NCBI GenBank assembly: GCA_964482435.1
Contig: CAYZXL010000010.1
Span: 36,946-100,945 of the forward strand
Reading direction: 5' to 3'
Origin: an uncultured Verrucomicrobiota bacterium
GTDB lineage: Bacteria > Auribacterota > JABMQX01
Length of the DNA: 64,000 nt
Part shown: one piece after another, positions 10,476 through 20,276 of the stretch
Position numbering within the stretch: the stretch's first letter is position 1
Layout of the letters: every line of letters begins with the position of its first letter
Position numbers and translations under genes: made by a program
The notes under the pieces: generated by a model
The model's database searches: none
The model's input: the letters and a program-made list of their open reading frames with translations, nothing else
Told to the model about the DNA's origin: nothing

Positions 10476-12425
10476 TTATTCCTCGATAACCGTGAATTTA
10501 TTCTCGATTGACAACGGCCGGAATGGCCTGCCCGAAGTGCTGAAAAACTTGGAAAAGAACTCAACAAATTGAAGCCTCATGGAATGAACGAAGGCACCCA
10601 GCACGTTAATTAGAAGGGTAAAAATATGCCCTGCGGCGAGAATGGTGACTGCCAGGACGACGCCCACCAGGGGCACGCTCTTGCGAACAGTCGAGGCGAT
10701 GAGGTTGACCGTCGAAGCCATAGCCCCGGTCACTAACCCCAAAGCCCAGAGTCGAGAATAGGAGAGGACGTCGCTTAAGTACCCCGACGCCGCCCAGTAA
10801 AAGCTGAGGACGCCGAAGCCCAACTTCCCGGCGAGGGAGCGCTGGCTTCTTCCATGCGCCGCAAGGATAACCAAAGCCCCCGCGCCTATCAGAGTGAGGC
10901 AGAGCTTGACGTTGGTTGGTTTTGCCGACAGGGTTTTCAGGAAGATAAGACCGGCGCCTGTCAATCCCGCCAGGAGAACGAATATGGGCAGCTGGTCCAA
11001 GAGAGCGTCCTTGTACTTTCTCAGGCGAAGGCTCCCGTAGGCAGCTACAGCGTACCCGGTCCATATCTGGACGATGCCCAGAACGAGAGCGATGTTGAGG
11101 AGACGCGTCGGTTCCTTTTGAGGATCGAGGAGGATCGCGGGGATACCGAGCAGATTGCCCATCCAACTGCCGGTCAGCGCCCCGACGACTATCGTTGATA
11201 GCCCGCAATAGCGCATGAGCCGGAAAAACCGCGTTCCCTGCCACCCCATCTTGAGCTTCTTGAGAGCGAACAGCGAAACCAGAACAAGCACCAAACCGTA
11301 CACAGCATCACCCAGGCAAAATCCAAAAAAGACAAAGAAAAATGGAGCAAGAAACGGCGTCGGGTCAACGCCCTGGTACCCCGGATAACCGTAAACGCGC
11401 GTCAGGAATTCAAACGGGCGGACAACGTTTTTGTTTTCAAGGACGGTTGGCGGAACATCGTCCGGTGAGGGGGCGGAAACGTAAACCTCGACGGAATCGA
11501 AGAGCTTTTCCATTCTTTTCTGGGCGGCGGGGGCGTCGCTTTGCCTTATCCAGCCCTCGAGGAAGAAGCTCTCCCGGCTGTAGAGGAGCCGCTCCTTCGT
11601 TCCCTCTTTCTTTTCCATGTTCGAGAAGTAGTCCAGGAGGGCAGCGACCTTCGTCTCCTCCGAAAGCATTGTGACCGCCTTATCGCGCAGCGCCTGCCGC
11701 TCGGATTCCAGTTTCCTGTCGTCGGCGGATATATGATTCAGGACTTCCTCGACGCGAGCCGGATGGCGCGGGAGATGGTGAAGCGAAACGTCGTGCTCCC
11801 TCAGAAGCTCGGCGACCTGCTCCTCAAAAGCCCTGAGGTACGTGATGGAAAAATAGACTGTGGCCTTGTCCTGGTCCACGACTTCCATGTGCACCTCCGG
11901 AAAGGAGGCGACCGACTCCTTGAGGGCGGGGAAAGCTTTCTGGCCGACCGAGCCTAAGACGCTATTTGTGAACCGGGTTTCGCCAAGCTGGTTGAGACGA
12001 ACATCCAGACGAATCCATGGGAGAAGTTCCTTTCTTCTGCCTTCGTGCTCGAGCTTTTTCTTTTCGATGTCCCTGAGTGCGGACTCGATTTTGCGGCTGT
12101 GGTTGTACAGAGTTGGGTAGTCAAAGCCGCTGACTATTTCAAGCACTTCCTTCCGACGGAATACGGGCTTGGCGGCGAGGCGAGACCTCTTTTTCCCGGA
12201 AAGGTTTTCAAGAAAGTTCATCAGCCAGGAAAGCTTCTCGACGGCTTCTTTGACCGGCTCATAACGGGCGATCTGTCGCCCAAACGAGAAGTCCTTGTAT
12301 TCATCGCTCTTGTCCTTGAGGTCAACGACCTCCACCTGCCCTTGATGTTGCAGGAACTCAAGAACGCGGTCGCGCTCGGAGTCATGCCCGAGGATTTGGA
12401 TTTTTTTGAGCCTTGCTACTGCCAT
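10476..12425 (-). CDS. atpI: V/A-type ATPase subunit I (a)
   Basis: The 649-aa protein has a soluble N-terminal half and a polytopic C-terminal membrane half. The start overlaps the G/H gene end, indicating an operon. Confidence 0.85.
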   Translation of the reverse strand: MAVARLKKIQILGHDSERDRVLEFLQHQGQVEVVDLKDKSDEYKDFSFGRQIARYEPVKEAVEKLSWLMNFLENLSGKKRSRLAAKPVFRRKEVLEIVSGFDYPTLYNHSRKIESALRDIEKKKLEHEGRRKELLPWIRLDVRLNQLGETRFTNSVLGSVGQKAFPALKESVASFPEVHMEVVDQDKATVYFSITYLRAFEEQVAELLREHDVSLHHLPRHPARVEEVLNHISADDRKLESERQALRDKAVTMLSEETKVAALLDYFSNMEKKEGTKERLLYSRESFFLEGWIRQSDAPAAQKRMEKLFDSVEVYVSAPSPDDVPPTVLENKNVVRPFEFLTRVYGYPGYQGVDPTPFLAPFFFVFFGFCLGDAVYGLVLVLVSLFALKKLKMGWQGTRFFRLMRYCGLSTIVVGALTGSWMGNLLGIPAILLDPQKEPTRLLNIALVLGIVQIWTGYAVAAYGSLRLRKYKDALLDQLPIFVLLAGLTGAGLIFLKTLSAKPTNVKLCLTLIGAGALVILAAHGRSQRSLAGKLGFGVLSFYWAASGYLSDVLSYSRLWALGLVTGAMASTVNLIASTVRKSVPLVGVVLAVTILAAGHIFTLLINVLGAFVHSMRLQFVEFFSKFFSTSGRPFRPLSIENKFTVIEE

Positions 12426-12736
12426 TGAGACGCGAATTTTTGCTTGATGGCCTGAACTGCCTTGGCCTTATTCTTCTCAGCCTTTGTTCGAAGGTTTTCC
12501 TTCTCTTTCCCGGTTTTTTCGCGGATTTCCTGGACGAGTTTCTCGTTTTCGTTGCGCGAGTCAGCAAGAAGGGCTTTGGCGCGCTCGCGGCCTTCCGCCT
12601 GCGCTTTTGTGACGATTTCTTCCACCTCCTTCCTGGCTCGGAGGAGGTCCGCGGCGACGGCTTTTCTCGCCTCCTCGACCATTGCGCGAGCGTTCTCTTC
12701 TGCCTGCTGAATTCTTCCTAACGCTTCTTTAACCAT
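12416..12736 (-). CDS. V/A-type ATPase subunit G/H (peripheral stalk)
   Basis: The 106-aa Ala/Glu/Lys-rich coiled coil is the first gene of the operon, matching the archaeal-type H-I-K-E-C-F-A-B-D order. Confidence 0.7.
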   Translation of the reverse strand: MVKEALGRIQQAEENARAMVEEARKAVAADLLRARKEVEEIVTKAQAEGRERAKALLADSRNENEKLVQEIREKTGKEKENLRTKAEKNKAKAVQAIKQKFASQWQ

Positions 12737-12953
12737 CCTTCACCCCGGCGGAAACGCCGGACGACATCGCTTCTGCGCGGCTCAGCCCGAAAAAAGCTCC
12801 GTATTATGGCACAGCCCCGCGAAAAATGGGAAGAGGTTTCAGGGTGATAGCCTGGCCGGACAGCAGGGCTTACCGTGCCACTCTCCATCCCGCTCAGGTG
12901 GATCGGCTCCCCGCCCTAAGGCCGACGAACGGTCATCCCCTGCTCGACGCCCA

Positions 12954-13812
12954 TTAACTCACAATCCGAATGTTGAGGAGGTCGAGGATTCTGTTGAAGT
13001 CCTGGTCGGAATAGAAATCTATCTCAATCCTGCCGGTTTTTCTCCCGCGGACTATCCTGACCTTGGTCCCGAGGAATTTCTGCATTTGCTCCTCGACGGC
13101 TCTGGTGTGTTCATCGCCCGCGAAGGTCGGCCGAGGACGCGGAGGAGCCTTTCTCCTGGCGATGGCTTTTTCGCATTGGCGGACGGACAAGCCTCTGGCG
13201 ACGACTTCTTTCGCGACGACCCGCTGCTCGGCGGTGTTTTCCAGAGCAAGAAGGGCGCGGGCATGACCGAAGCTCAGCTTCTCCTCGCGGATCAATTCCT
13301 TCACATCATCGGGTAAGGAAAGAATCCTGACGTAGTTGGCGACGCTGGCTCGGTCTTTGCCGATTCTGGTGGCGACCTCCTGCTGGCTGAAGGAGAACTC
13401 CTCCATCAGGCGGTTCAGCGCGGAGGCGCGGTCGAGGGGGTTGAGGTCGTCCCTCTGGATGTTCTCGATCAGGCCAATCTGGATTGCTTCCGCATCTCCC
13501 GCCTCGACGACTATCGCCGGGATGACACGCCGCCCGGCCATCTCTGCTGCGCGGAGGCGACGCTCGCCGGCGATGACCTCGTACCCTCCTTCGACAGCGC
13601 GAACAACGATGGGCTGGATGATTCCCCTCTGGGCGATAGACGCAGCGAGCTCCGAAAGCCTCTCGCGGTCAAATGTGGTGCGGGGCTGAAGCGGGCTTTT
13701 CTTTATCTCTGATATGCGAATGCTCACCAGGCCAGGGGGCGAAGGAGGCTTTGGCACGACATCTTCGGGAATCAGGGCGTCGAGACCTTTGCCCAGTGCC
13801 TGCTTTTTCATG
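12954..13812 (-). CDS. parB: chromosome-partitioning ParB/Spo0J family protein with no adjacent parA
   Basis: The protein has the ParB N-terminus KQALGKGLDALI and the GERRLRAA CTP-binding/ParB box followed by an HTH. I prefer the start at 13812 (MKKQALGKGL) over the upstream in-frame ATG at 13838. Confidence 0.8.
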
Positions 13813-13833
13813 TGCGACCTCCCTTTCCGGTGT

Positions 13834-13850
13834 TTCAACCGGATTGAAAA
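13834..13850. promoter_or_regulatory. 17-bp near-palindrome TTTCAACCGGATTGAAA in the parB promoter region
   Basis: The inverted repeat TTTCAA..TTGAAA lies 22 bp upstream of the preferred parB start. Its half-site resembles the parS half GTTTCA, but the spacing differs from canonical parS. Confidence 0.3.
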
Positions 13851-14041
13851 TATGAAAAAATGACCTGAGGGTCAACAGGAATAGTCGTCCAGCCTGGCGC
13901 GAAGAACGGCAGCGGACATAAGGGGACGGCGGTCATGGCAAACTTTTTACCTCAGGCGGACCTTGTAGTACAATCAGGCGAATTCGTTCGTAGAAAAGGT
14001 GGTCACGACGTTGATCGGTCCAACGGGGCCACAAAAAAAAG

Positions 14042-14476
14042 ATGGGAATGAAGGAGAGAAAGATGCGCAGGATTTTGTCACTCAGTATCTGCATCGGGAT
14101 TATCTGCCTCGTCTGCGGGTGCGCCCTCATACCGCTGGCGCTGGTTGGCGGAGGGGTGGTCGGAGGGCTGGCAATAAGCGAAGACACCGTCCAGACGGAG
14201 TTCGACCGGAGCTACGACGACGTCTGGAATGCGTGCGTGGAGGTTTTAGAGAGCGCCGGGGCAATCGAGATGAAGGACAAGGAAGTCGGAAAGATTCAGG
14301 CGTATGTTCCGAAATCGAAAGTGACCGTCACGGTCGAACAATTGACCCCAGCGGCGATGCGGATTCAGGTAAAGGCCCGGAAGGCCGCCCGACTGCTGCC
14401 CGACATCAATATGGCCCACAGGATTGCCTACCGAGTAGGCATGAGCTTGAAGGAATCTCCCAGCGCCAGGAAATAG
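14042..14476 (+). CDS. putative lipoprotein
   Basis: The signal peptide carries the lipobox LVCGCA. The 144-aa product has no other recognisable motif. Confidence 0.55.
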   Translation: MGMKERKMRRILSLSICIGIICLVCGCALIPLALVGGGVVGGLAISEDTVQTEFDRSYDDVWNACVEVLESAGAIEMKDKEVGKIQAYVPKSKVTVTVEQLTPAAMRIQVKARKAARLLPDINMAHRIAYRVGMSLKESPSARK

Positions 14477-14783
14477 CAAAGTGCCTCTCTGGTGGGGCAC
14501 CGCCTTCCTTTGTTACTCGGCGCGCCTCGAGGACTGATTCCATGTTTTCACAAGTGCGACGACGTATGGGAAACGGAGCAGTTGTCTCTTAGACCATCAG
14601 CCCCACTTCGGTGGCGAACAAGGTCTCTCGCAAAGCCGCCGAGACGCGAGGGGGCGCTAAGAATCAAAAAGAGAAGATGCGTGGCATCTTAGCGTCTTGG
14701 CGAGAAAACACTGCTGATTCTCTCCGACAATACGTCACGGAATTCATGAAGGAGAGCACCGAGTCGCGGAGATTGCGTACCCG

Positions 14784-15998
14784 TCAGACCGATTTCAGTT
14801 TTGCGACCAGGGAGCGAGCAGCAGCGACGGCAAACTCCTCATCATTGATGTGGTTGTCCATCTCGACGAGCTCGACGGGCGGCTTGAGAGCCAATTTCAG
14901 GGAGGAGAGGAAAGCTTCGTCTGCCTCCCGGTCGAAAAAGGGCTGGCCCTCCCGGTCAATGGCGGAGACGCCTTTCTTCGGGAAGAGGAAGGTCGTCGGC
15001 CCTTTGGCGGCGTTCAGTTTTTCGGCGATGATGCGGCCGAGTTGAGCGTTCTCTCCCTTCGTCGTTCGCATGAGGGTGACGGTGGGGTTGTGCTGATAAA
15101 ACTTTCGGCCTCGGAATTTCTCCGGAACGGTCTCCGGCGGGCCGAAGTTCACCATGTCGAGAGCGCCTGGCGCGACTACCTGCGGAATGCCTCTTTTTGC
15201 CGCCGCCTCGAGCCTGTGCGGGCCGGCGGAAAGGACGCCTCCAACGAGCTCGTCCGCCCATTCGGTAGTTGTGATGTCAAGAACGCCGGAGATGAAGCCG
15301 CTCTCGATGAGGTCCTCCATGGCACGTCCTCCGGTTCCGGTGGCATGAAAGACAAGGACTTCGAAGCCGTTGTTTTCGAGGATTTCGCGTGCTTTGGTCA
15401 CGCAGGGGGTCGTAACGCCGAACATCGTGGCGGCGATGAGGGGTCTCTCCTCGGCTGCGGCTGGGAGCTCGGCCCGAGCCATTGCGCACACCGCGGACGC
15501 AGCGTTCGCCAGAATCCGGCGAGAGAGACGGTTGAGGCCCGCAATGTCCACCACCGAATACATCATGGTGATGTCCTTTGTCCCGACGTAAGGGCGGGTG
15601 TCTCCAGAAGCGAGAGTGGAGACCATGACTTTCGGGAAGCCGACGGGAAGGGTCCGCATGGCGGAGGTGCCGATGGTCGTGCCGGCAGACCCGCCGATGG
15701 AGATTATGCCATGGATTTTTCCGGCGTCGAAAAGCCCCTGGACGACCTTTGCTGCGCCTTCTGCCATGGCGGTGACGCTTTTTCCGCGGTCTTTTTCGGA
15801 AAGAAGGCGAGGGAGGTTTGTTCCAGCAGCTTCTGCGACAGCCTCCCTCGGAACATCGGCCTGAAAGAACGGTTCACCAAGCACCCCTGCGTCAATCACG
15901 ATGGCTGAAAGCCCGGCTGCCTCAATTCGTTCCTTGACGAACTCCGCCTCGATTCCCTTTGTATCGAGAGTCGCCACAACTGCAATTGCCTTGCTCAT
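14784..15998 (-). CDS. UPF0261 (Tm-1-like) family protein
   Basis: The 404-aa protein has an N-terminus MSKAIAVVATLDTKG and overall Gly-rich nucleotide-binding-like signature typical of UPF0261. Confidence 0.65.
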   Translation of the reverse strand: MSKAIAVVATLDTKGIEAEFVKERIEAAGLSAIVIDAGVLGEPFFQADVPREAVAEAAGTNLPRLLSEKDRGKSVTAMAEGAAKVVQGLFDAGKIHGIISIGGSAGTTIGTSAMRTLPVGFPKVMVSTLASGDTRPYVGTKDITMMYSVVDIAGLNRLSRRILANAASAVCAMARAELPAAAEERPLIAATMFGVTTPCVTKAREILENNGFEVLVFHATGTGGRAMEDLIESGFISGVLDITTTEWADELVGGVLSAGPHRLEAAAKRGIPQVVAPGALDMVNFGPPETVPEKFRGRKFYQHNPTVTLMRTTKGENAQLGRIIAEKLNAAKGPTTFLFPKKGVSAIDREGQPFFDREADEAFLSSLKLALKPPVELVEMDNHINDEEFAVAAARSLVAKLKSV

Positions 15999-16121
15999 AA
16001 GAGTTCTCCTGAGAGCTTCGCTACTGTAGTTTTTTCCCGCTGACGGGCTTACCCATCAGAGTCCGACAGAGACAATGGGACGCCAGAAGCGCTTCCTCCA
16101 GAGCCACGCCAGAAAACTTAC

Positions 16122-16149
16122 TTGACAACCAGTTGTCCGGCGATATGAT
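16122..16149 (+). promoter_or_regulatory. candidate sigma70 promoter TTGACA-16-TATGAT with embedded palindrome GACAACcaGTTGTC
   Basis: The -35 TTGACA (16122-16127) and -10 TATGAT (16144-16149) sit about 90 bp upstream of corA. A perfect 6-bp-arm inverted repeat lies in the spacer. Confidence 0.4.
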
Positions 16150-16237
16150 AAGTTGTTAGTAGAATCCGCCGGCGCCGCATGCGTTTGACGGACATAATGC
16201 TCCATGCATCAACACGCAGTCAAGATAGGCTCAGCAC

Positions 16238-17167
16238 GTGCTTACCATATTGAAAACCTGCGGAGAAGCGCTCACTGTACTACCCGCGCCAGAGGCGGAT
16301 TGCTGGATCAACCTCGTCCAGCCGACGATGGACGAGGCAGCAAGCGTCAGCCGTGACTGCGGCGTTCCCCTGAGCTTCTTGACCGACCCCCTGGACGCCG
16401 ACGAGACGCCGCGCGTGGACGTTGACGACCCGCACATGCTGATCGTTATTCGGACTCCACGATTTGATTCAAGCTTCCAGGTTCAGCACACGACATCGCC
16501 TTTAGGGGTCATCCTTTCCCCGGACCGCGTCATCACGGTCTCGACGCAGAAGGAGAGCGTGCTTGAGCCTTTCGCCAGCGGCAAGGCCAGAAACTTCTCC
16601 ACATTGAGACGGACTCGCTTCATTCTGCACGTCTTTCGAATGACGTCCCTCCTTTACCTGAGTCACCTCAAGGAAATCAACAAGAAAACGACGAACCTTG
16701 AGGCCCAAGTGCGCAAATCCCTCCGGAACGAGGCGCTGATAGGCTTGCTCGACCTCGAGAAAGGGTTGGTCTATTTTACCACTGCGCTGCGTTCTAACGA
16801 CCTCGTCATGGAACGGGTTCAGAAGACGCAATTGCTCAAAATGTCGCCCGAGGACCAGGAGCTACTTGAGGACGTTATTATTGACAACAGACAAGCCATT
16901 CAGATGGCTGACATCTATAGCAACATTCTGAGCGGCATGATGGATGCCTTTGCCTCCGTCATCTCAAATAACCTCAGCACCGTGATTAAATTCCTGACAT
17001 CCGTCACCATTATTCTAATGCTTCCGACGCTGGTGGCGAGCTTTTACGGGATGAACGTCAAATTGCCGTTCCAAAGCTCGCCGTCCGCATTTCTTATCAC
17101 CATGCTCGCGTCCCTTATTCCCTCCGCTATTGCGGTCGTAATCTTCGTGCGGAAACGCTGGTTTTAG
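16238..17167 (+). CDS. corA: magnesium/cobalt transporter CorA
   Basis: The C-terminal membrane helices contain the YGMNV (GMN) signature motif, and the 309-aa length fits. Confidence 0.85.
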   Translation: MLTILKTCGEALTVLPAPEADCWINLVQPTMDEAASVSRDCGVPLSFLTDPLDADETPRVDVDDPHMLIVIRTPRFDSSFQVQHTTSPLGVILSPDRVITVSTQKESVLEPFASGKARNFSTLRRTRFILHVFRMTSLLYLSHLKEINKKTTNLEAQVRKSLRNEALIGLLDLEKGLVYFTTALRSNDLVMERVQKTQLLKMSPEDQELLEDVIIDNRQAIQMADIYSNILSGMMDAFASVISNNLSTVIKFLTSVTIILMLPTLVASFYGMNVKLPFQSSPSAFLITMLASLIPSAIAVVIFVRKRWF

Positions 17168-17302
17168 CTATGGACCAGACGAGCTTTTCTGCGGTTGAGA
17201 TATTGCCGCGCCGGCGGCGCGAACGCGATGCAGTTGGCTTCGTCTCGGAAGGGCGCGCTGTGGCGCTGTCGAGTTTAACCGACTAATTAAGGGGCTGAAA
17301 CA

Positions 17303-18568
17303 ATGGTGCCTAAAAGGTTGGTGCTTTCATTCGTGGCAATGGTCGTCGCTGCTATTCTGATGCCGCTCTCCGAAGCGGAGGAGGCAGAGGAGGGGTTCAC
17401 GCGCATCTTCAACGGCAAGGATTTGAGTGGCTGGGACGGCGACCCGAGGTTGTGGTCGGTCAGAGACGGAGTGATTCGCGGCGAGACGACGCCGGAGAAA
17501 CTGGCATTGCGCAACACGTTTCTCATCTGGCGGGGTGGGACACTGCGCGATTTTGAACTGCGGCTTTCGTTCCGAATCTCAAGCGGGAATTCCGGGGTTC
17601 AGGTAAGGAGCAAAGACCAGGGGGAGTGGCGCGTTACAGGGTATCAGGCGGAGGTCGTCCCGAGCAGAGCGCAGATGGGGCTTTTCTACGACGAGGGGGG
17701 ACGAGGGTTTCTGGCGAGACCCGGAGAGAGTGTGGCCATAAATGAGAAAGGTGAGATAAAGGCTGTCGGGTCGGTCGGAGACCTTGAGAAAATACAGAGT
17801 GTGTACAAGGAGAAAGATTGGAACGAGCTGGCTGTCGTTGCTCGCGGCAGCCACATGGCTCAGAAGATAAACGGAGTGGTGTTTTCGGAACTGACCGACG
17901 AGGATGAGAAGGGCCGCGCCCTTTCAGGGGTCCTTGCGTTGCAGATACACACCGGTCCGCCGATGCTCGTCGAGTTCAAGGACATTCGCATTAAGGCGCT
18001 CGACGAAAAGGTCGTCTCGCTGTTCAACGGGAAAGACCTGACGGGTTGGAGAATAGCGGAAACGTGGGATTTCGCAGGACACGGGAAGGTGCACGTCGAA
18101 GACGGGAAGATTGTGCTGCAAGAGGGACAGCCGATGACGGGGATCGCGTGGGCGGGGGATTTCCCGACGGAAAATTACGAGGTGAACCTCGAGGCAATGC
18201 GTGTGAGCGGCTACGACTTTTTCTGCGGGATGACTTTTCCCGTCGAGAAATGGTGGTGCACGCTGATCGTAGGCGGATGGGGCGGGATGGTGGTCGGGCT
18301 GTCAAATGTGGACGACCTGAATGCTTCGGAAAACAGCACGACGCGCGGGATGAGCTTTGAGACGAAAAAGTGGTATCAGATTCGGCTGCAAGTGACGAAA
18401 GAGAAGATCGAGGCCTGGATAGACGGGCAGAGGGTGATCAGTCAAGTGAGGAAAGGGCACACGTTCACTGTATGGGACGTGCAAAATCCTCTCAAGCCTT
18501 TTGGCGTGGCAACGTGGAACACGAGGGGCGCGCTCCGGAACTTCACCCTGCGGCGCCTTGGAGAATGA
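17303..18568 (+). CDS. secreted protein with two tandem DUF1080 (3-keto-disaccharide hydrolase-like, LamG fold) domains
   Basis: The signal peptide is followed by two copies of the FNGKDL(S/T)GW motif and downstream D-F-E-L-type beta-strands. Confidence 0.75.
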   Translation: MVPKRLVLSFVAMVVAAILMPLSEAEEAEEGFTRIFNGKDLSGWDGDPRLWSVRDGVIRGETTPEKLALRNTFLIWRGGTLRDFELRLSFRISSGNSGVQVRSKDQGEWRVTGYQAEVVPSRAQMGLFYDEGGRGFLARPGESVAINEKGEIKAVGSVGDLEKIQSVYKEKDWNELAVVARGSHMAQKINGVVFSELTDEDEKGRALSGVLALQIHTGPPMLVEFKDIRIKALDEKVVSLFNGKDLTGWRIAETWDFAGHGKVHVEDGKIVLQEGQPMTGIAWAGDFPTENYEVNLEAMRVSGYDFFCGMTFPVEKWWCTLIVGGWGGMVVGLSNVDDLNASENSTTRGMSFETKKWYQIRLQVTKEKIEAWIDGQRVISQVRKGHTFTVWDVQNPLKPFGVATWNTRGALRNFTLRRLGE

Positions 18569-18715
18569 GCCAGTTCCAGTTATGCAATTTCGTCCTCACG
18601 GCGCGCGGCGACGCTGAAAGGAAAGCCGACTCTTTTGTCATCGGCTTTGACCGATGGTCCGGAACGTGTAGGGCCGTGCGGCCACTCATCGCCCGACGAG
18701 GCCTCATCCCAATGG

Positions 18716-20023
18716 CTACAGTTTCCACCCCTCTCTGTATTGCCGCCGGATAAACTGATTCGCTTCGGGGCAGTTGGTCACTTTGAGGTTTTCTGCATCC
18801 CACTCGATTTTCTTTCCTGCGCGGATGGCGATGTTGCCGAGGAGAACCGCCTCGGTAATGGGGCCTGAATAAGAGAAGTCGGCCATGGCGGGCAGACCTC
18901 CCTTGCAGGCGAGAATCCACTCCTCGTGGTGGCCCGGCGAGCGAGGGATCGTCGGCTCCGGGCCTTTGAAGTTGCGGAAGTGCGATTCCGGCAGAAGCTT
19001 GAACTGGTCGGCGTGCCAATCTGGGGCGAGCATTTTGCCTTTTTCGCCGATGAGGAGGGCGCCATTGTCCGGGACGTCCTGACCGTTAGCAAGCTCCTTA
19101 GGAGGTTTCTTTCCCCCGTCGTACCATGTAAGTCTTACAGCCGGCAGACGACCGCGCGCGGGGAACTCAAAGCGGAGAATGGACCATTTGGGGGCGGTCT
19201 CAACATGAACGTCGGAGACCTCCGCCTCGACGCTGGTTGGCGCGCCGAGCTTCAGACCCCAGAACACGATATCCATGTTGTGGATGCCCATGTCACCGAT
19301 CGCCCCGGTGCCGAAATCCCACCAGCCGCGCCAATTGAAAGGGACATAGCACGGATGATAGGGCCGCGAGGGGGCTGGGCCGAGCCAGAGGTCCCAGTTG
19401 AGGTCCTTCGGCACGGGCGGGGTATCGGTCGGGCGGTCAATGCCCTGGGGCCAGATGGGCCTGTCAGACCAGGCGTGCACCTCGCGGACGGCTCCGATGG
19501 CTCCAGCATGGAGAAGCTCGACGGCGCGGCGATGACCATTGTACGAGTGGCCTTGAATGCCCATCTGCGTGGCGACCTTGCGTTCGGCCGCTGTCCTGGT
19601 CATGAGCCGGGCTTCGTAAACCGAGTGAGTCAGCGGCTTCTCGCAATAGACGTGCTTGCCGAGCTTCATGGCCATCATCGCAGCAGGCGCGTGGGTGTGA
19701 TCCGGAGTGGCGATGACAACGGCGTCTATCTCCTTTTCCTTCTCGAGCATTTTTCGGAAGTCAACGTGTCTTTTTGCCTTTGGAAAGCGCTTGACGGTCT
19801 GCGCGGCACGCTGCTCGTCAACGTCACAGAGAGCAACGACGTTTTCACTGCTGACACCAGCGATGTCGTCAGCTCCGCGTCCTCCGACGCCGATGCCGGC
19901 GATGTTGAGTTTCTCGTTAGGTGATTTCAGTTGTGTCCAGATGGTTCGCGGTGCCGCCCAAAACCCGGCGCCCGCAAGCGTTGTAGCCGCAAGGAACTCC
20001 CTACGCGTCATTCTGTGACTCAT
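18716..20023 (-). CDS. TAT-exported Gfo/Idh/MocA family oxidoreductase (glycoside 3-dehydrogenase-like)
   Basis: The twin-arginine signal is RREFLAATTLAGAG. It is followed by the Rossmann motif IAGIGVGGRG and the EKP motif of the Gfo/Idh/MocA family. Confidence 0.8.
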   Translation of the reverse strand: MSHRMTRREFLAATTLAGAGFWAAPRTIWTQLKSPNEKLNIAGIGVGGRGADDIAGVSSENVVALCDVDEQRAAQTVKRFPKAKRHVDFRKMLEKEKEIDAVVIATPDHTHAPAAMMAMKLGKHVYCEKPLTHSVYEARLMTRTAAERKVATQMGIQGHSYNGHRRAVELLHAGAIGAVREVHAWSDRPIWPQGIDRPTDTPPVPKDLNWDLWLGPAPSRPYHPCYVPFNWRGWWDFGTGAIGDMGIHNMDIVFWGLKLGAPTSVEAEVSDVHVETAPKWSILRFEFPARGRLPAVRLTWYDGGKKPPKELANGQDVPDNGALLIGEKGKMLAPDWHADQFKLLPESHFRNFKGPEPTIPRSPGHHEEWILACKGGLPAMADFSYSGPITEAVLLGNIAIRAGKKIEWDAENLKVTNCPEANQFIRRQYREGWKL

Positions 20024-20159
20024 ACGAATTCTCCTTCTGCGATTGTCCGACGGGCGACCTTCGCTCCGAACACTCGAGCCGCCCTCACCATTATTTGCCT
20101 GTCAGGATTCTACACGAGCGAATGGTACCCTTCAACCGGACCTTTTCGCGCCGGGCGAG

Positions 20160-20188
20160 GGGACATTGGAGCGGGCGTGTGATATAGT
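20160..20188 (+). promoter_or_regulatory. candidate promoter GGGACA-17-TGaTATAGT (extended -10) upstream of nqrA
   Basis: The extended -10 element TGATATAGT at 20180-20188 lies about 90 bp upstream of the nqrA ATG. Confidence 0.35.
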
Positions 20189-20276
20189 ACAGGAGCATGT
20201 GTGGAGCCGGGCCGCGGCAAGTCAAATTCTCGAAGAGGATGTTCAGTGACCTGGCGTCGTTGTCGAAGGACGACAG

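Noticed and set aside
13813-13838. Longer parB gene model starting at 13838 (MKHRKGRSHMKKQ)
   Set aside because: The canonical ParB N-terminus begins at MKKQALGKGLDAL, and the extra 9 codons overlap the upstream inverted repeat, so I prefer the start at 13812.
13831-13852. Possible canonical parS site upstream of parB
   Set aside because: The sequence TTTCAACCGGATTGAAA does not match TGTTTCACGTGAAACA in its second half-site or its spacing. It is kept only as a generic inverted repeat.
14850-15908. 352-aa plus-strand ORF opposite the UPF0261 gene
   Set aside because: It is antisense to a well-supported CDS, its composition is Arg/Gly/Ala-rich and it has no motif. The same applies to the other long shadow ORFs at 5088-5726, 46981-47766, 60728-61993 and 62090-63088.
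17190-17230. GC-rich palindrome CGCGCCGgCGGCGCG downstream of corA as a terminator
   Set aside because: It has a 1-nt loop and no following T-tract, so it is unlikely to be a rho-independent terminator.
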